From assembly GCA_963781575.1 (NCBI GenBank), contig CAWAGM010000003.1, forward strand, positions 776 through 64,775: DNA of 64,000 nucleotides. Direction: 5' to 3'. The stretch's first letter is position 1. Each line of letters opens with the position of its first letter. This document shows, in pieces, positions 1-11,315 of the stretch. Both the position numbers and the translations under genes were made by a program. Source of the stretch: an uncultured Actinomycetota bacterium. GTDB lineage: Bacteria > Actinomycetota > Actinomycetes > Propionibacteriales > Nocardioidaceae. The notes under the pieces were generated by a model. That model had not been told where the DNA came from. It did no database searches and was given only the letters and a program-made list of their open reading frames with translations.

Positions 1-35
1 CGAGATTCGTGCTGCCCAGATCTGGCATGTGGTTC

Positions 36-227
36 TCAGTCCTCCAGGGTGATCGCGGCGCGCGGGCAGGCGGCAACGGCGCGCTTGACGTCGGCGATGT
101 TCTCGTCGGTGGTCTCCTCGGTCTTCACGACGAGGTAGTCGTCGTCATCGAGCTCAAAGACCTCCGGTGCCATTGCCTCGCACAGCGCGTTGGACTCGCA
201 GAGGTCGAAGTCGACCTTGATCTTCAT
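36..227 (-). CDS. Ferredoxin, single-cluster FdxD-like
   Basis: 63 aa; CESNALC...CP motif (CxxNxxC-Xn-CP), acidic. Confidence 0.9.
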   Translation of the reverse strand: MKIKVDFDLCESNALCEAMAPEVFELDDDDYLVVKTEETTDENIADVKRAVAACPRAAITLED

Positions 228-254
228 GGGATCCCCCTTCGTGGGACGAAACTG

Positions 255-1232
255 TCAGGAACTTTCGGAGCTGTGACCGGGGAACACCTTGGCGGTCGGG
301 TCGATCGCCACGGTCGCGTTGTTGACGGCGGTCGCGGCCTCGCCGAAGCCCACGGCGATGAGGCGGACCTTGCCGGGGTACTCGGTGATGTCGCCGGCCG
401 AGAACACCCGCGGCAGGTTGGTCTGCATGGCCGGGTTGACCACGATGTGCCGCTTCGAGACCTCGAGGCCCCATTGCTGGAGCGGGCCGAGGTCGGCGAT
501 GAAGCCGAGCGCAGCAACGACGGCCTGGCACTCGTGCCTGGTGGTCTCGCCGTCGACGGTGATGTCGACCGAGCTCACCGTTGCGTTGCCGTTGATCGCG
601 CTCACCTCGGCCTTGGTGATGATCTCGACCGAGCAGTCGCGCACCTGCTGGACCGTGCGCTCGTGGGCGCGGAACGCGTCGCGTCGGTGCACGAGCTTCA
701 CCGACCGAGCGACGGGCTCGAGGTGGACGGCCCAGTCGAAGGCGCTGTCGCCGCCGCCCACGATGACGACGTCCTTGCCTGCGTAGGGCTGGAAGGACGG
801 CACGAAGAACTCGAGGCCGCGTCCGAGCCACTCGCCGCCGGCTGGCAGCGGTCGGGGGCTGAACTTGCCGATGCCGGCGGTGATCAGCACCGCGCCGGCG
901 TTCACCTCGGTGCCGTCGTCGAGACCCACGACCACTCCGGCCTCGCTGCTGGTCAGCGTGAGTGCGGTGCGGTCGAGGAGGTAGGTCGGGCTCGCAGTGT
1001 TGGCTTGCGCAACCAGGCCCTCCACGAGCTCGCGGCCCTTCACCGACGGGAAGCCGGCGACGTCCAAGATCTGCTTCTCGGGATACATCGCGGTGATCTG
1101 GCCGCCGAGCTCGGGAAGCGAGTCGACCACGGCGACGCGATGTCCGCGGAAGCCGGCGTAGTAGGCGGCGAACAGGCCAGTTGGCCCGGCGCCGATGATG
1201 AGCAGGTCGGTCTCGACTGAGGGAGTGGTCAC
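255..1232 (-). CDS. Ferredoxin--NADP+ reductase, thioredoxin-reductase fold (YumC-type)
   Basis: IIGAGPTG FAD motif, GGQITAMYPEK, VGGGDSAFD NADPH motif, FSAGD; no CxxC; upstream of ferredoxin. Confidence 0.85.
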   Translation of the reverse strand: MTTPSVETDLLIIGAGPTGLFAAYYAGFRGHRVAVVDSLPELGGQITAMYPEKQILDVAGFPSVKGRELVEGLVAQANTASPTYLLDRTALTLTSSEAGVVVGLDDGTEVNAGAVLITAGIGKFSPRPLPAGGEWLGRGLEFFVPSFQPYAGKDVVIVGGGDSAFDWAVHLEPVARSVKLVHRRDAFRAHERTVQQVRDCSVEIITKAEVSAINGNATVSSVDITVDGETTRHECQAVVAALGFIADLGPLQQWGLEVSKRHIVVNPAMQTNLPRVFSAGDITEYPGKVRLIAVGFGEAATAVNNATVAIDPTAKVFPGHSSESS

Positions 1233-1311
1233 GAGCAGTGATCTTTCCCTTCGGCGCGCGAGAGTCAACAGAGCGGCCGGGCGTGGCGCCAGACCGACGG
1301 CACCACAATAC

Positions 1312-1325
1312 TGAAACGTGTTCTA
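1312..1325. promoter_or_regulatory. KstR-type operator
   Basis: TGAAACGTGTTCTA matches TnnAACnnGTTnnA exactly, upstream of the reductase-ferredoxin pair. Confidence 0.75.
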
Positions 1326-1390
1326 GTTTCCTAGGCCCGTCCGGCTCAGCGGGGGTCCGTCCCCACATCTCGCCTCCCTACTATGGACCC

Positions 1391-1894
1391 ATGGCTGAGG
1401 AATGGTGGCGCGGTTTCGCGCACGATCCTCGCGATCCGGCGCACGCGGGACTGCGCGCCTCCGACCGTGACCGCGACCTGGTCTCTGGAGTGCTGGCCTC
1501 GGCGTACGCCGACGGCCGCCTCGACCAGGGTGAGCACGAGGAGCGTGCGAGCCAGGCCGCCCGGGCCCGCACCCTGGGCGACCTTCCCCCGCTCGTCGCG
1601 GACCTGATCGCGGCGTCGGCCAGCAGCACCAGCCTGGTCGTGCAGGCCGAGCAGACCTGGCGCCAACGCCGCGACGCCGCCGTCTTCGGGCTGATCGCCT
1701 CCGCCCTGGTGTGCTGGGGGATCTGGGCCGTGCTCGGGGCCGACGACTTCCCGTGGCCGCTGTTCGTCAACGCCCTGGCGACGATGAACCTGCTGAAGAC
1801 AGCACTGAGCCGCGAGGCCATCGTCCGCGACGAGCTGAAACGGCTCGAGAAGCGTCAGGCCCGGCAGCTGCGCCGGAGGAACTGGAAGCCCTGA
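1391..1894 (+). CDS. DUF1707 (SHOCT-like) membrane protein
   Basis: LRASDRDRD...AYADGRLD..E.EER..A..ART.GDL signature; C-terminal TM segments (FPWPL). Confidence 0.8.
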   Translation: MAEEWWRGFAHDPRDPAHAGLRASDRDRDLVSGVLASAYADGRLDQGEHEERASQAARARTLGDLPPLVADLIAASASSTSLVVQAEQTWRQRRDAAVFGLIASALVCWGIWAVLGADDFPWPLFVNALATMNLLKTALSREAIVRDELKRLEKRQARQLRRRNWKP

Positions 1895-1911
1895 CGTGTT
1901 ACCCCGCGCGA

Positions 1912-2352
1912 TCAGTCGAGGCAGAACTCGTTGCCCTCGGGATCGCGCAGCACCAGGTAGCCCGCGCTCATCGGCGGCTCGGGCTCGAAGCGCTGCGTGA
2001 CCGAGGCGCCCAGGCTCGTGAGCCGCTCTGCCTCGGCGGTCAGGGCCGCCATCCGCTCGGCGCCGTCGAGACCCGGGGCCGCCCGGACGTCGAGGTGCAC
2101 CCGGTTCTTCGCGGTCTTGCCCTCGGGCACCCGCTGGAAGAACAGCCGCGGACCCGCGCCCTCGACCGGTTGCGCGGCTGACCGCTCGTTGCGCTGCTCG
2201 GGCGGGACGCCCCAGCTGTCGAGGGCGGCGTCCCAGGTCTCGAAGCCGGGTGGTGGCGGCTGCAGCCGGTAGCCGAGCACCTCGCACCAGAAGGTCGCCA
2301 GGGCGCCCGGATCGGCACAGTCAAAGGTGATCTGGATGTCTCGATGTGTCAT
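1912..2352 (-). CDS. VOC/glyoxalase family protein
   Basis: ITFDCADPGALATFW, KNRVHLDV, LRDPEGNEFC. Confidence 0.85.
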   Translation of the reverse strand: MTHRDIQITFDCADPGALATFWCEVLGYRLQPPPPGFETWDAALDSWGVPPEQRNERSAAQPVEGAGPRLFFQRVPEGKTAKNRVHLDVRAAPGLDGAERMAALTAEAERLTSLGASVTQRFEPEPPMSAGYLVLRDPEGNEFCLD

Positions 2353-2412
2353 GGGAACGACGCTACGGTGCGCCGCCGACGCTTGACCTCAGACTGTGCC
2401 TCACGCTCGCAT

Positions 2413-3700
2413 TCACGTCGGCCTGGCGCTGGCCTCGAGCCCGGCCCGGTCGATCACCAGTCGAGCGCGACGGCGGTAGCGCCAGATCTGGGTCAGCCCG
2501 ATTCCCCACAGGAGGTACTGCGTGCTCATCGCCCAGCGGAACGCGTCAGGCGTGTAGTCGGTGGACGAACCGGCGTCGCCAGTCGAGCACCAGGCCGATG
2601 CCGACCACGAGCAGCAGGCTGGCCGCGAACCCCGCCTGGTTGATGATCCCGGTGGCACTGGCCAGCCGCTCCGCCGGATTCGAGGTACGAGCCAGGTCGA
2701 AGCCGATCATCGAGGCCGGGCCACCGAACCCGACCACCTGGGTGAGCAGATCAACAGCCACAGCGGGGCGGCGCCAGGCCAGGCGAGCACGACGGTCCAG
2801 GTGACCACGATCGAGGAGACGATCACCAGCACCATCGTCGAGCGGTGCCACGGGTGTCGGCCGACGAGGTAGCCGAGCAGCGGTCCGGAGTACATGAAGG
2901 CGACCACGATCAGGGTCAACAGCAGACCAGCCGTGGTCTCCGATCGCCCCTCCCCCTGCACCAGGAACGGATAGCCCCACAGCAGGGCCAGGGTGGTCGC
3001 ACTGAACTGCGTCGTGAAGTGCATCCAGAATCCGAGCCGGGTGCCGGGGTGCGCCCAGGACGCGGTCAGGCTGGCGCGCACGACGGTGAACGAGAGTTGC
3101 GGCCCGCGCACCCGGCGCGCCTCGGGTGCGTCACGCACCACGAGCAGCAGACCGACTGCGAGCACGATCCCGATCGAGGCGGTGCTCAGGTAGGCGCCGG
3201 TCCAGCCGAGCTCGCGGAGCGCGAGGTCATCGGCACGGCGGCCACGATCGCGCCGAGCTGGCCGATCACGCCAGAGACCTGGGTGATGAACGGGATCCGC
3301 CGCGACGGGAACCACCGGCTGACCAGCCGCAGCAGGCAGATCAACGTCATCGCGTCGCCCATGCCCACGAAGGTGCGGGCCACCAGCGCTGCGGCGTAGG
3401 CTCGGCGAAAGCGAAGCCGGCCTGGGCGAACATCAGCAGGAGCGAGCCGGTCAGCATGACCGCGCGCGGACCGAAGCGGTCGACCAGCAGGCCGACCGGG
3501 ATCTGCATGCCGGCGTACACGAGCAGCTGCAGCATCGTGAACGTCGCCAGCTGGGAGGCGCCGATGTCGAACCGTTCGGTGGCGGCCAGACCAGCCACGG
3601 CCAGCGAGCTGCGGTGGAACGTGGCGACCACGTAGGTCAGCAGCGCGACCGACCACACCAGGTAGGCGCCGGGGGGCCGCGGCGCGGCGCGGAGCCGGCG
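2413..3700 (-). CDS. MFS transporter (frameshifted, stitched)
   Basis: Hydrophobic segments in several frames; GLLVDRFGPR MFS motif A; start uncertain. Confidence 0.75.
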
Positions 3701-5827
3701 TCAGCGCGTCGCCTCCATCATCTGCCGCAGCTCCTTCTTGAGGTCGTTGATCTCGTCGCGCAGTCGCGCGGCGAGCTCGAACTGCAGCTCGGCGGCGGCG
3801 GTCTTCATCTGGTCGGTGAGCTCCTGGATGAGCTGCGCGAGCTCGGAGCTCGGCAGACCGGCGAGGTCCTTGGCGTGGTGCCCGGAGGCCTTGTCGCCGA
3901 GCACCGGAACCGTCTGCCGCCCCTTCACACCACCGGCGCGGCCCTTGGCCTCGGTGCCGGCCCACGTCTCGAGCAGGGCTTGGGTGTCTTCACTGTCGCG
4001 GGCGAGCATCTCGGTGATGTCGGCGATCTTCTTGCGCAGCGGCTGCGGGTCGACGCCCAGCGCGGTGTTGTAGGCGACCTGCTTCTCGCGACGGCGGTTG
4101 GTCTCGTCGATCGCCTTCTCCATCGAGGGCGTGATCTTGTCGGCATACATGTGCACCTGGCCCGACACGTTGCGAGCGGCACGGCCGATGGTCTGGATCA
4201 GCGACTTGTCGGAGCGCAGGAAGCCCTCCTTGTCGGCGTCGAGGATCGAGACGAGCGAGACCTCGGGCAGGTCGAGGCCCTCACGCAGCAGGTTGATGCC
4301 GACCAGGACGTCGTACTCCCCCAGGCGCAGGTCGCGGAGCAGCTCGATCCGCTTGAGCGTGTCGACCTCGGAGTGGAGGTAGCGCGTGCGGATGCCGGCA
4401 TCGAGCAGGTAGTCGGTGAGGTCCTCGGACATCTTCTTGGTCAACGTGGTGACCAGGACCCGCTCGTTCTTCTCGGTGCGGGTCCGGATCTCGTGGATCA
4501 GGTCGTCGATCTGGCCCTTGGTCTGCTTGACGACGACCTCGGGGTCGATCAGCCCGGTGGGTCGGATGATCTGCTCGACGACGTCGCCCTCCACCTTGTC
4601 GAGCTCGTAGTTGCCCGGCGTTGCCGACAGGTAGATCGTCTGACCGATCCGGTCGAGGAACTCCTCCCAGCGCAGCGGGCGGTTGTCCATGGCGCTGGGC
4701 AGCCGGAAGCCGTGGTCGACGAGGTTGCGCTTGCGGGACATGTCGCCCTCGTACATGCCGCCGATCTGCGGAACCGCGACGTGCGACTCGTCGACCACGA
4801 GCAGGAAGTCTTCGGGGAAGTAGTCGAGCAGGCAGTTCGGCGCCGAGCCGCGCTCGCGGCCGTCGATGTGCATCGAGTAGTTCTCGATGCCCGCGCACGA
4901 CCCGACCTGCCGCATCATCTCGATGTCGTAGGTGGTGCGCATGCGCAGCCGCTGGGCCTCGAGCAGCTTGCCCTGACGCTCGAAGGTCGCCAGCTGCTGC
5001 TCGAGCTCGGCCTCGATGCCGCCGATCGCACGCTCCATGCGGTCGTGACCGGCGACGTAGTGGGTGGCCGGGAAGATGTAGAGCTCGGGGTCTTCAGTGA
5101 GCACCTCGCCGGTGACCGGGTGCAGCGTCATCAGCCGCTCGATCTCGTCGCCGAAGAACTCGATGCGCACGGCGTGCTCCTCGTAGACCGGGAACACCTC
5201 CAGAGTGTCGCCGCGCACCCGGAACGTGCCGCGCGTGAACGTCAGGTCGTTGCGGGTGTACTGGATCTCGACGAGACGCCGCAGGATCGAGTCGCGGTCG
5301 TGCTCCTCGCCCACCTTGAGCCGGATCATCCGGTCGACGTACTCCTGCGGCGTGCCGAGGCCGTAGATGCAGGACACCGTCGAGACCACGATGACGTCAC
5401 GTCGGGTGAGCAGCGAGTTGGTGGCCGAGTGCCGCAACCGCTCGACCTCCTCGTTGATGGAGGAGTCCTTCTCGATGTAGGTGTCGGTCTGCGGGACGTA
5501 GGCCTCGGGCTGGTAGTAGTCGTAGTAGCTGACGAAGTACTCGACGGCGTTGTTCGGGAAGAGCTGGCGCAGCTCGTTGGCGAACTGCGCTGCCAGGGTC
5601 TTGTTGGGCTGCATCACCAGCATCGGACGCTGCACCTGCTCGGCCACCCACGCCACGGTGGCGGTCTTGCCGGTGCCGGTGGCGCCGAGGAGGACGACGT
5701 CCTGCACGCCGGCGTCGATGCGCTTGGCGATCTCGGTGATCGCCGCCGGCTGGTCGCCGGCCGGCTTGTAGTCGGACTCGACCTTGAAGGGCGCGACACG
5801 GCGCTCGAGGTCGGTGATTGGGCGCAT
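3701..5827 (-). CDS. uvrB: Excinuclease ABC subunit B
   Basis: 708 aa; [26 protein letters not shown]-terminal UVR coil. Confidence 0.98.
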   Translation of the reverse strand: MRPITDLERRVAPFKVESDYKPAGDQPAAITEIAKRIDAGVQDVVLLGATGTGKTATVAWVAEQVQRPMLVMQPNKTLAAQFANELRQLFPNNAVEYFVSYYDYYQPEAYVPQTDTYIEKDSSINEEVERLRHSATNSLLTRRDVIVVSTVSCIYGLGTPQEYVDRMIRLKVGEEHDRDSILRRLVEIQYTRNDLTFTRGTFRVRGDTLEVFPVYEEHAVRIEFFGDEIERLMTLHPVTGEVLTEDPELYIFPATHYVAGHDRMERAIGGIEAELEQQLATFERQGKLLEAQRLRMRTTYDIEMMRQVGSCAGIENYSMHIDGRERGSAPNCLLDYFPEDFLLVVDESHVAVPQIGGMYEGDMSRKRNLVDHGFRLPSAMDNRPLRWEEFLDRIGQTIYLSATPGNYELDKVEGDVVEQIIRPTGLIDPEVVVKQTKGQIDDLIHEIRTRTEKNERVLVTTLTKKMSEDLTDYLLDAGIRTRYLHSEVDTLKRIELLRDLRLGEYDVLVGINLLREGLDLPEVSLVSILDADKEGFLRSDKSLIQTIGRAARNVSGQVHMYADKITPSMEKAIDETNRRREKQVAYNTALGVDPQPLRKKIADITEMLARDSEDTQALLETWAGTEAKGRAGGVKGRQTVPVLGDKASGHHAKDLAGLPSSELAQLIQELTDQMKTAAAELQFELAARLRDEINDLKKELRQMMEATR

Positions 5828-5833
5828 GCTGCG

Positions 5834-5856
5834 AGCCTACGACCGGCCACCGACAA
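5834..5856 (-). promoter_or_regulatory. PafBC-type (RecA-independent) DNA-damage promoter of uvrB
   Basis: Minus strand TTGTCGGTG-N8-TAGGCT, 6 nt before the ATG (leaderless). Confidence 0.75.
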
Positions 5857-5888
5857 TCCACCGGGCCCGCGCGCCGCATCCCACGGCC

Positions 5889-7066
5889 ATGAAGCGAATC
5901 CCGGAGTACTCGTGCTCGGAGCGTCGCCCTCGCGTCGCCCACCATCACCGGCTCGACGACGACGCGGCCGCCCTGCCGAGCGCCCGCGACCTCCGCTGCC
6001 GCCGACGACCGAGGCCAGCGCCCGACGGCCACCGCCGACAGCCAGCCCCGAAGCCAGCCGCCGAGCCCGCGCTGACGACACCGGCCTGGCGCGGCGCCGC
6101 GCCGACGATCCCCTACGCGTTCGCGGCACGCAGCCCGACTTCGGCTCGGGGCGCTGGCACCTGGTGCGACCCGACGGCGCACGTCAGCCGCTCCCCCGAG
6201 CTCGACGATGGGCGACTTCGTGCCGTACCCCGGCGGCGGCCTGGTCGGCGTCGTACGGCACCGAGGCCGGCGTGGCGCGTCGACGTCGATCCGCCCCGGA
6301 CGGCACGATCACCACGGCGGACGAGGGCTTCGGCGCTTCGGCCTGGTCACCACGCCCGACCGCTCGATCGTCGGCTACTCCTCGACGACGGTCGCACTGC
6401 TGGTCAGCATCGAGGACGGCGGTCGCCCGCAGTCCTGCACGCTCGGGCCGTCGCCGGCGCGCCGCACGCCGCCGCGCTGCTCGGGCAGCGGCACCTGCCA
6501 GGAGGAGTACCCCGAGGGCGGCGGGTGCACGGCGTTCCTCGAACGGCGCGGCACGGCGGGTGAGCTACACGACCTCGCACGGCATCGTCGACGGCCTGCA
6601 TGGGTCTCGTCGCAGGCGACCGACGGCCGAGCGACCGCGTTCCGCGTCATCGGGCTCGACCGAGGCCGGGCGGCACCCGTGGGCGGGCTGCTCGACCCGC
6701 GCGGCGACGGCTGGCGTGGGAGACCTGCGACTACGTGCCGCACGAGCTTCTCGCCCCGACGGTCACGCAGATCCTGGGCGACCGAGTCCGTCGCCAAGAC
6801 CGGCGACCTCGGCGGCCTTGCGCGTTTCGGTCGACGGCGGGCGGCAGGATCCGGACCGACCTGGTCGTGGGACGAGTCACCGACGCACCGGATCACCGAC
6901 GTGCACGTGGGAGGACGCCGGCCACCTGCTCGCCGTCGGCTACGAGGGCGAGCACCTGGTCGGTCTCACGCGCTCGGCATCGACGGCCCGCGTAGCGTCG
7001 AGGGCGCCGCCGCCCCGGTGCGCGCCCTGCGCCGACTACCGCCCTACCTGCCTCCCGGTCAGCTGA
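5889..7066 (+). CDS. Hypothetical membrane-anchored/secreted protein, heavily frameshifted
   Basis: Protein-like fragments across frames ([19 protein letters not shown]-like, [10 protein letters not shown]); no continuous ORF. Confidence 0.35.
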
Positions 7067-8450
7067 GCACGCGCCAGATGGTCAGTCGAGCGAGTGCCGC
7101 AGGTGCATCGCCAGCCGAGCGGCGGCCCGGCCGGCCGGCGTCGCCAGGAGCACGTCGGCGGGCGTGACCGGCAGCGGCAGCCGGCGCGTCGCGCGGTGGT
7201 GGTGACGGCCCGGGCGAAGGCGCGCAGCCCGTCGTCGCCGCCGAGCGGGCCGTAGCCCTGGGCGCCGAGCGCCTCGCGCGGCAAGGCCCGCATCGGCCGG
7301 ACGCGCCGACGTTGATGCTCACCTGGGCGGCCCGCAGCGCCTCGCCGATGCGCTGGCCGCGCTCGCGGGAGAACACCGCGACCTGGGCGTAGGGCCGGTC
7401 GCTGAGCCGCTGCGAGCACGTCGGCGAACTCGGCGTCGGCGTGCACCCGCACCGGGACGGCGTCGGACCGGACCCGATCGCTGCGGCCGGCTCGCTGCGC
7501 GACCTGCGCGGGGTCAGCGCGCGCGGCAACGGCCCTGCCGTCGTCCGAGGCTGAGGCGCACCGTCGCGCCCGGCTCCAGCGCGGCGAGCAGGACGCGCGT
7601 CGAACTCCTCGCTGACCACCGGCGCGACGTAGACCTCGGGCCGCCACTCCGTCGCGCTCGCTCGGAGCCGGCCGCGACCGAGCGCGCGACGGCCGCGGCG
7701 GCGGCGGCCACGTCGGCGTCGGGCGCGACGACGGTCACCGGCGGGCCGACCGGAACAGGGTCGTCGGCACCATCGCTGACGCGCAGCGGCTGACGATCCT
7801 GGCGGCGCGACGCGTTGCCGAACAAGCACGAGACCCGGTCGCGGCCGTCACCGGCCAGCGGTCGGCGGTCTCGTCGTCGCCGGTCACGACCTGGAGCAGC
7901 GGCCCGGCGCCGGGCAGCGCCTCCGCATAGGCGACCAGGGTGGCGGTCAGGCCGGGCGGCGGCTTGAGCAGCACCGCGTTGCCGGTGACGAGGGCCGCAG
8001 CGACCGCGCTGGCCGGGCCGTAGAGCGGGGCGTAGGGACAGGCGCGAACGACCGACGACCACGCCTTCGGCACGTACGACGTGCGCGTGGCGAGCTCGGG
8101 CGCGAGCGGTCCCCCGCCCCGGGTGGTCGGGCCCGAGCACGCGGGCGGCGTTGGACTCGATCCACCGCAGGTGCTCGACGGTCTGCATCACCTCGAGCAT
8201 CGCGTCGTCGAGGCCCAGCCCGGACTCGCGGTGCAGCAGCGTGGCGAGCTCGGTCGCGCCGCGCCACAGCGCACCGCGCCAGGAGCGCAGCACCTTCAGC
8301 CGCTGGGCAGCTCGAGCGCGGCCCACTCCTCGCCGTGCGCCGGGCGACGTCGACGGCGTGCCGGACGTCGTGCCGGTCGCTGACCGCGAAGGTGTCGAGC
8401 AGCGAACCGTCGGTCAGGTCAACCGCGTCGAAGCTGGCCTGGCCACTCAT
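7064..8450 (-). CDS. Aldehyde dehydrogenase-fold protein (frameshifted, divergent)
   Basis: LATLLHRESG..DDAMLEV, PEGVV, AAALVTGNAVLLKP, LLQVVTGD fragments. Confidence 0.6.
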
Positions 8451-8986
8451 CGCGCGCCCCGCGCCCGGTCGGGGGCGACCCGCAAGGTCGTGAGGGCGGT
8501 GGCGAGCATCCGGTAGTGGCCCACGAGCATCACCAGCTCGAGGCAGCAGCCGCTCGTCGTGCGACGCGCGCAGGGCTCGGTCCAGGTCGCGTCGGCGAGG
8601 TCCTCGGTGGCGTGCAGCTCGTCGGCGACGCGCAGCAGCAGACGGTCGCCGTCGGACCAGCCGGCGTGCGTCCGGGCCGGCAGCCGACCCGGTCGACCTC
8701 GTCTGCGGTGAGGCCAGCGCGGCGGCCGAGTCGAGCGGTGCTGGGTGAGCTCGTACTCCGACCCCGACAAGGTGGCGACGCGCAGGATCACCAGCTCGGT
8801 CTCGCGGCGGCCGAGCCGACCACCGGGCATCATCGAGCCGGCGAAGAGCAACCACGACCAGAACATGCCGCGGGTTGCGCCCCAGCGTCAGGAACACCGC
8901 CGGCGGCTCGGTGCCCGTGACCCGACCGGCGACGCGGCGAACCCGCGCACGAGCGGCCCGCGCCCCGGCGCGACCCGCGCTGTCAC
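8447..8986 (-). CDS. Carboxymuconolactone decarboxylase/AhpD family protein (frameshifted)
   Basis: GGRLGRRETELVILRVA..SGSEYELTQH; LVGHYRMLA. Confidence 0.7.
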
Positions 8987-9870
8987 GGCGCGTCCTCCCG
9001 ACGGGCCCGACCCACCTCGGGCAGCACCCTGTTGGCGCCGGCGTTCATCGCCTTCATGGCGCCCACGTAGGCCCAGGGCACGTAGCGCTGCAGCAGGTGG
9101 ACGCCATGGATGTCGGGCGAGGTGTAGACCCAGAACCGGTTGCGGCGGACGCCGTCCCAGATCGACGTCGCGGCCTGCTCGGGCGTCACGGCCCGCTTGC
9201 GGAAGCCCGCGTGCGCGCGGCGGAACGGCGGGGCTGGCCTTGTCGATGCCGGCGATGTGCACAGTCTCGGTGAGCGGGGTGGCGACGCCGCCGGGGCAGA
9301 CCAGGCTCACGCCGATGCCGTGCCGCGCCAGGTCGAACCGCAGCACCTCGGAGACGCCGCGCAGGCCGAACTTCGACGCGCTGTAGGCGGCGTGCCACGG
9401 CATGCCGATGATGCCGGCCGCCGACGACACGTTCACGAGGTGGCCACCGCGACCGGCCTCGACCATCGGCGGCACCAGCGTCTCGATCACGTGGATCGGG
9501 CCCATCAGGTTGACGTCGATCAGGCGCCGCCAGTGGTGGTGCTCCAGGCTCGAGACCGTGCCCCACGTGGAGATGCCGGCGACGTTCAGCACGACGTCCA
9601 TCGATCCGTGGGCTGCCGTCAGCCGCCCGGCCAGCGCACGCACGGCCTCGTAGTCGGACAGGTCGGCAGGCTCGGCGAAGGCGACCTCGCCGCCGGCCGC
9701 CGCGGATCTCGGCGGCCACCGCGTCGAGCAGCCGGGCCTTGGACGTCGGTCAGGTGCAGCACCGCGCCGGCCGCGGCCGCCTGCTCGGCGACCGCGCGGC
9801 CGATGCCGCTGGCGGCCCCGGTCACGAAGACGCGGCGACCGCGCAGGTCACGCATCCGACGATGACGCAT
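8983..9870 (-). CDS. Short-chain dehydrogenase/reductase (frameshifted)
   Basis: TGAASGIG, NVAG, VNVSS, YSASK. Confidence 0.85.
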
Positions 9871-9949
9871 GGGAGCTCCTAGTAGAGGGTGGGGGTGGGG
9901 TCGGAACGAGGACCGCGATGTCAGGCGCCACGGCCCTGGCCGATCGGGA

Positions 9950-11215
9950 CTACAGCAACGGCCGCAGGGGCTGCAGGAACGCCTCGGTGAAGCGCCGGTG
10001 CAGGTCGCGGGCGTCCCACTCGTAGCGGGTCAACGGCGCGCAGTTGCTCTCGTCGGTGATGAAGATCTTCTCCAGGTCCGCAGCCAGTCCGGGGTCGATG
10101 AACTCGACGTTGATCTCGTAGTTGCCGCTCAGGCTGAGCCGGTCGATGTTCGCGGTGCCGACGGTCGACCAGGTGCCGTCGACGGTCGCGGTCTTCGCGT
10201 GCACCATGGCTCCCTTGAACCGCAGGATCTTCACCCCGGCGTCGAGCAGCTGCGAGAAGTACCCTCGCGAGATCCAGTCGGCCACGATGTGGTTCGACTT
10301 CAGCGGGATCAGCAGCCGCACGTCGACTCCGCGTCGTGCGGCGGCCGTCATCGCGTCGACGAAGTCCTGGTCAGGAATGAAGTAGGCAGTGGTCAGCCAG
10401 ACGTTGCGGCTGGCCCGGTTGATCGCCTCGATGTACATCGTGCGGATCGGGAACATCCACAGCCGCGGTACGTTGCGCTGCACCCGGATCTTCGGCTCCC
10501 AGGTGGACGCCGTCTCGAGCAGCAGCGGGCGCTCGCTGGCGCGGATCCGCCGACGCCGGTTCAGGTTCCAGAAGTCGGCAAACGCCCGCTTGAGGTCCCA
10601 GACGCCCGGGCCGGTGATCCGCACGTGGGTGTCGCGCCACTCGGTCTCGTACGCCGAGCCGATGTTGTACCCGCCAACGAACCCGACGTGGTCGTCGACG
10701 ACGAGGATCTTGCGGTGGTCGCGTCCGTATCGGCGGACGTCGAAGAAGCGCAGACCGGCGGAGTACAGCGGGTAGCGCAGCACCTTCAGGTTGGGCGGGA
10801 ACCGCTTGAACCCCGGCGAGACCACGAGGTTCGCGAACCCGTCGTAGATGCAGTAGACCTCGACCCCGCGGTCGGCCGCATCGGAGAGGGCGCGCTTGAA
10901 CCGCTCACCCGCGGCGTCGCCCTTCCAGATGTAGGTCTCGAACAGCACCTGGCGCCGTGCGCCCTCGATGGCCGAGATCATGTCGTCGTAGAGGTCGCGG
11001 CCGTAGGTGTACGTCGTGACCGTGCCGTCGCCGACCTCGACGGTGCTCGGCGCGGTCGTCGGGAACGGCTTGGGCTTCTTGCCGCGGCGGCGGTAGGAGT
11101 CGACCAGCGACATCAGCATCGCGATCGCCACCTGCAGGCCCAAGATGGTCAGCAGGGCGCGGCGCAGTCGGGTCACGGTCCGATCGACCCACACCATCGA
11201 CAACTGCCTTCGCAC
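9950..11215 (-). CDS. Cardiolipin synthase-like phospholipase D
   Basis: Two HKD motifs: HRKILVVD and HAKTATVD; GGYNIG, GTANID. Confidence 0.88.
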   Translation of the reverse strand: MRRQLSMVWVDRTVTRLRRALLTILGLQVAIAMLMSLVDSYRRRGKKPKPFPTTAPSTVEVGDGTVTTYTYGRDLYDDMISAIEGARRQVLFETYIWKGDAAGERFKRALSDAADRGVEVYCIYDGFANLVVSPGFKRFPPNLKVLRYPLYSAGLRFFDVRRYGRDHRKILVVDDHVGFVGGYNIGSAYETEWRDTHVRITGPGVWDLKRAFADFWNLNRRRRIRASERPLLLETASTWEPKIRVQRNVPRLWMFPIRTMYIEAINRASRNVWLTTAYFIPDQDFVDAMTAAARRGVDVRLLIPLKSNHIVADWISRGYFSQLLDAGVKILRFKGAMVHAKTATVDGTWSTVGTANIDRLSLSGNYEINVEFIDPGLAADLEKIFITDESNCAPLTRYEWDARDLHRRFTEAFLQPLRPLL

Positions 11216-11315
11216 TCGCCCAACCTAGTGGTAGGCACATCGGCGTCGGATACGTCACAGCCCGTGCCGCGAGATGGATGGCACAACCTCGTCAGCCGTG
11301 TCGTTCAATCGGGGC

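Noticed and set aside
3614-7066. Very long antisense or off-frame ORFs (e.g. 1150 aa opposite uvrB, 782 aa at 9869, 792 aa at 45516)
   Set aside because: Shadow ORFs typical of high-GC DNA; no motifs, and they overlap well-supported genes.
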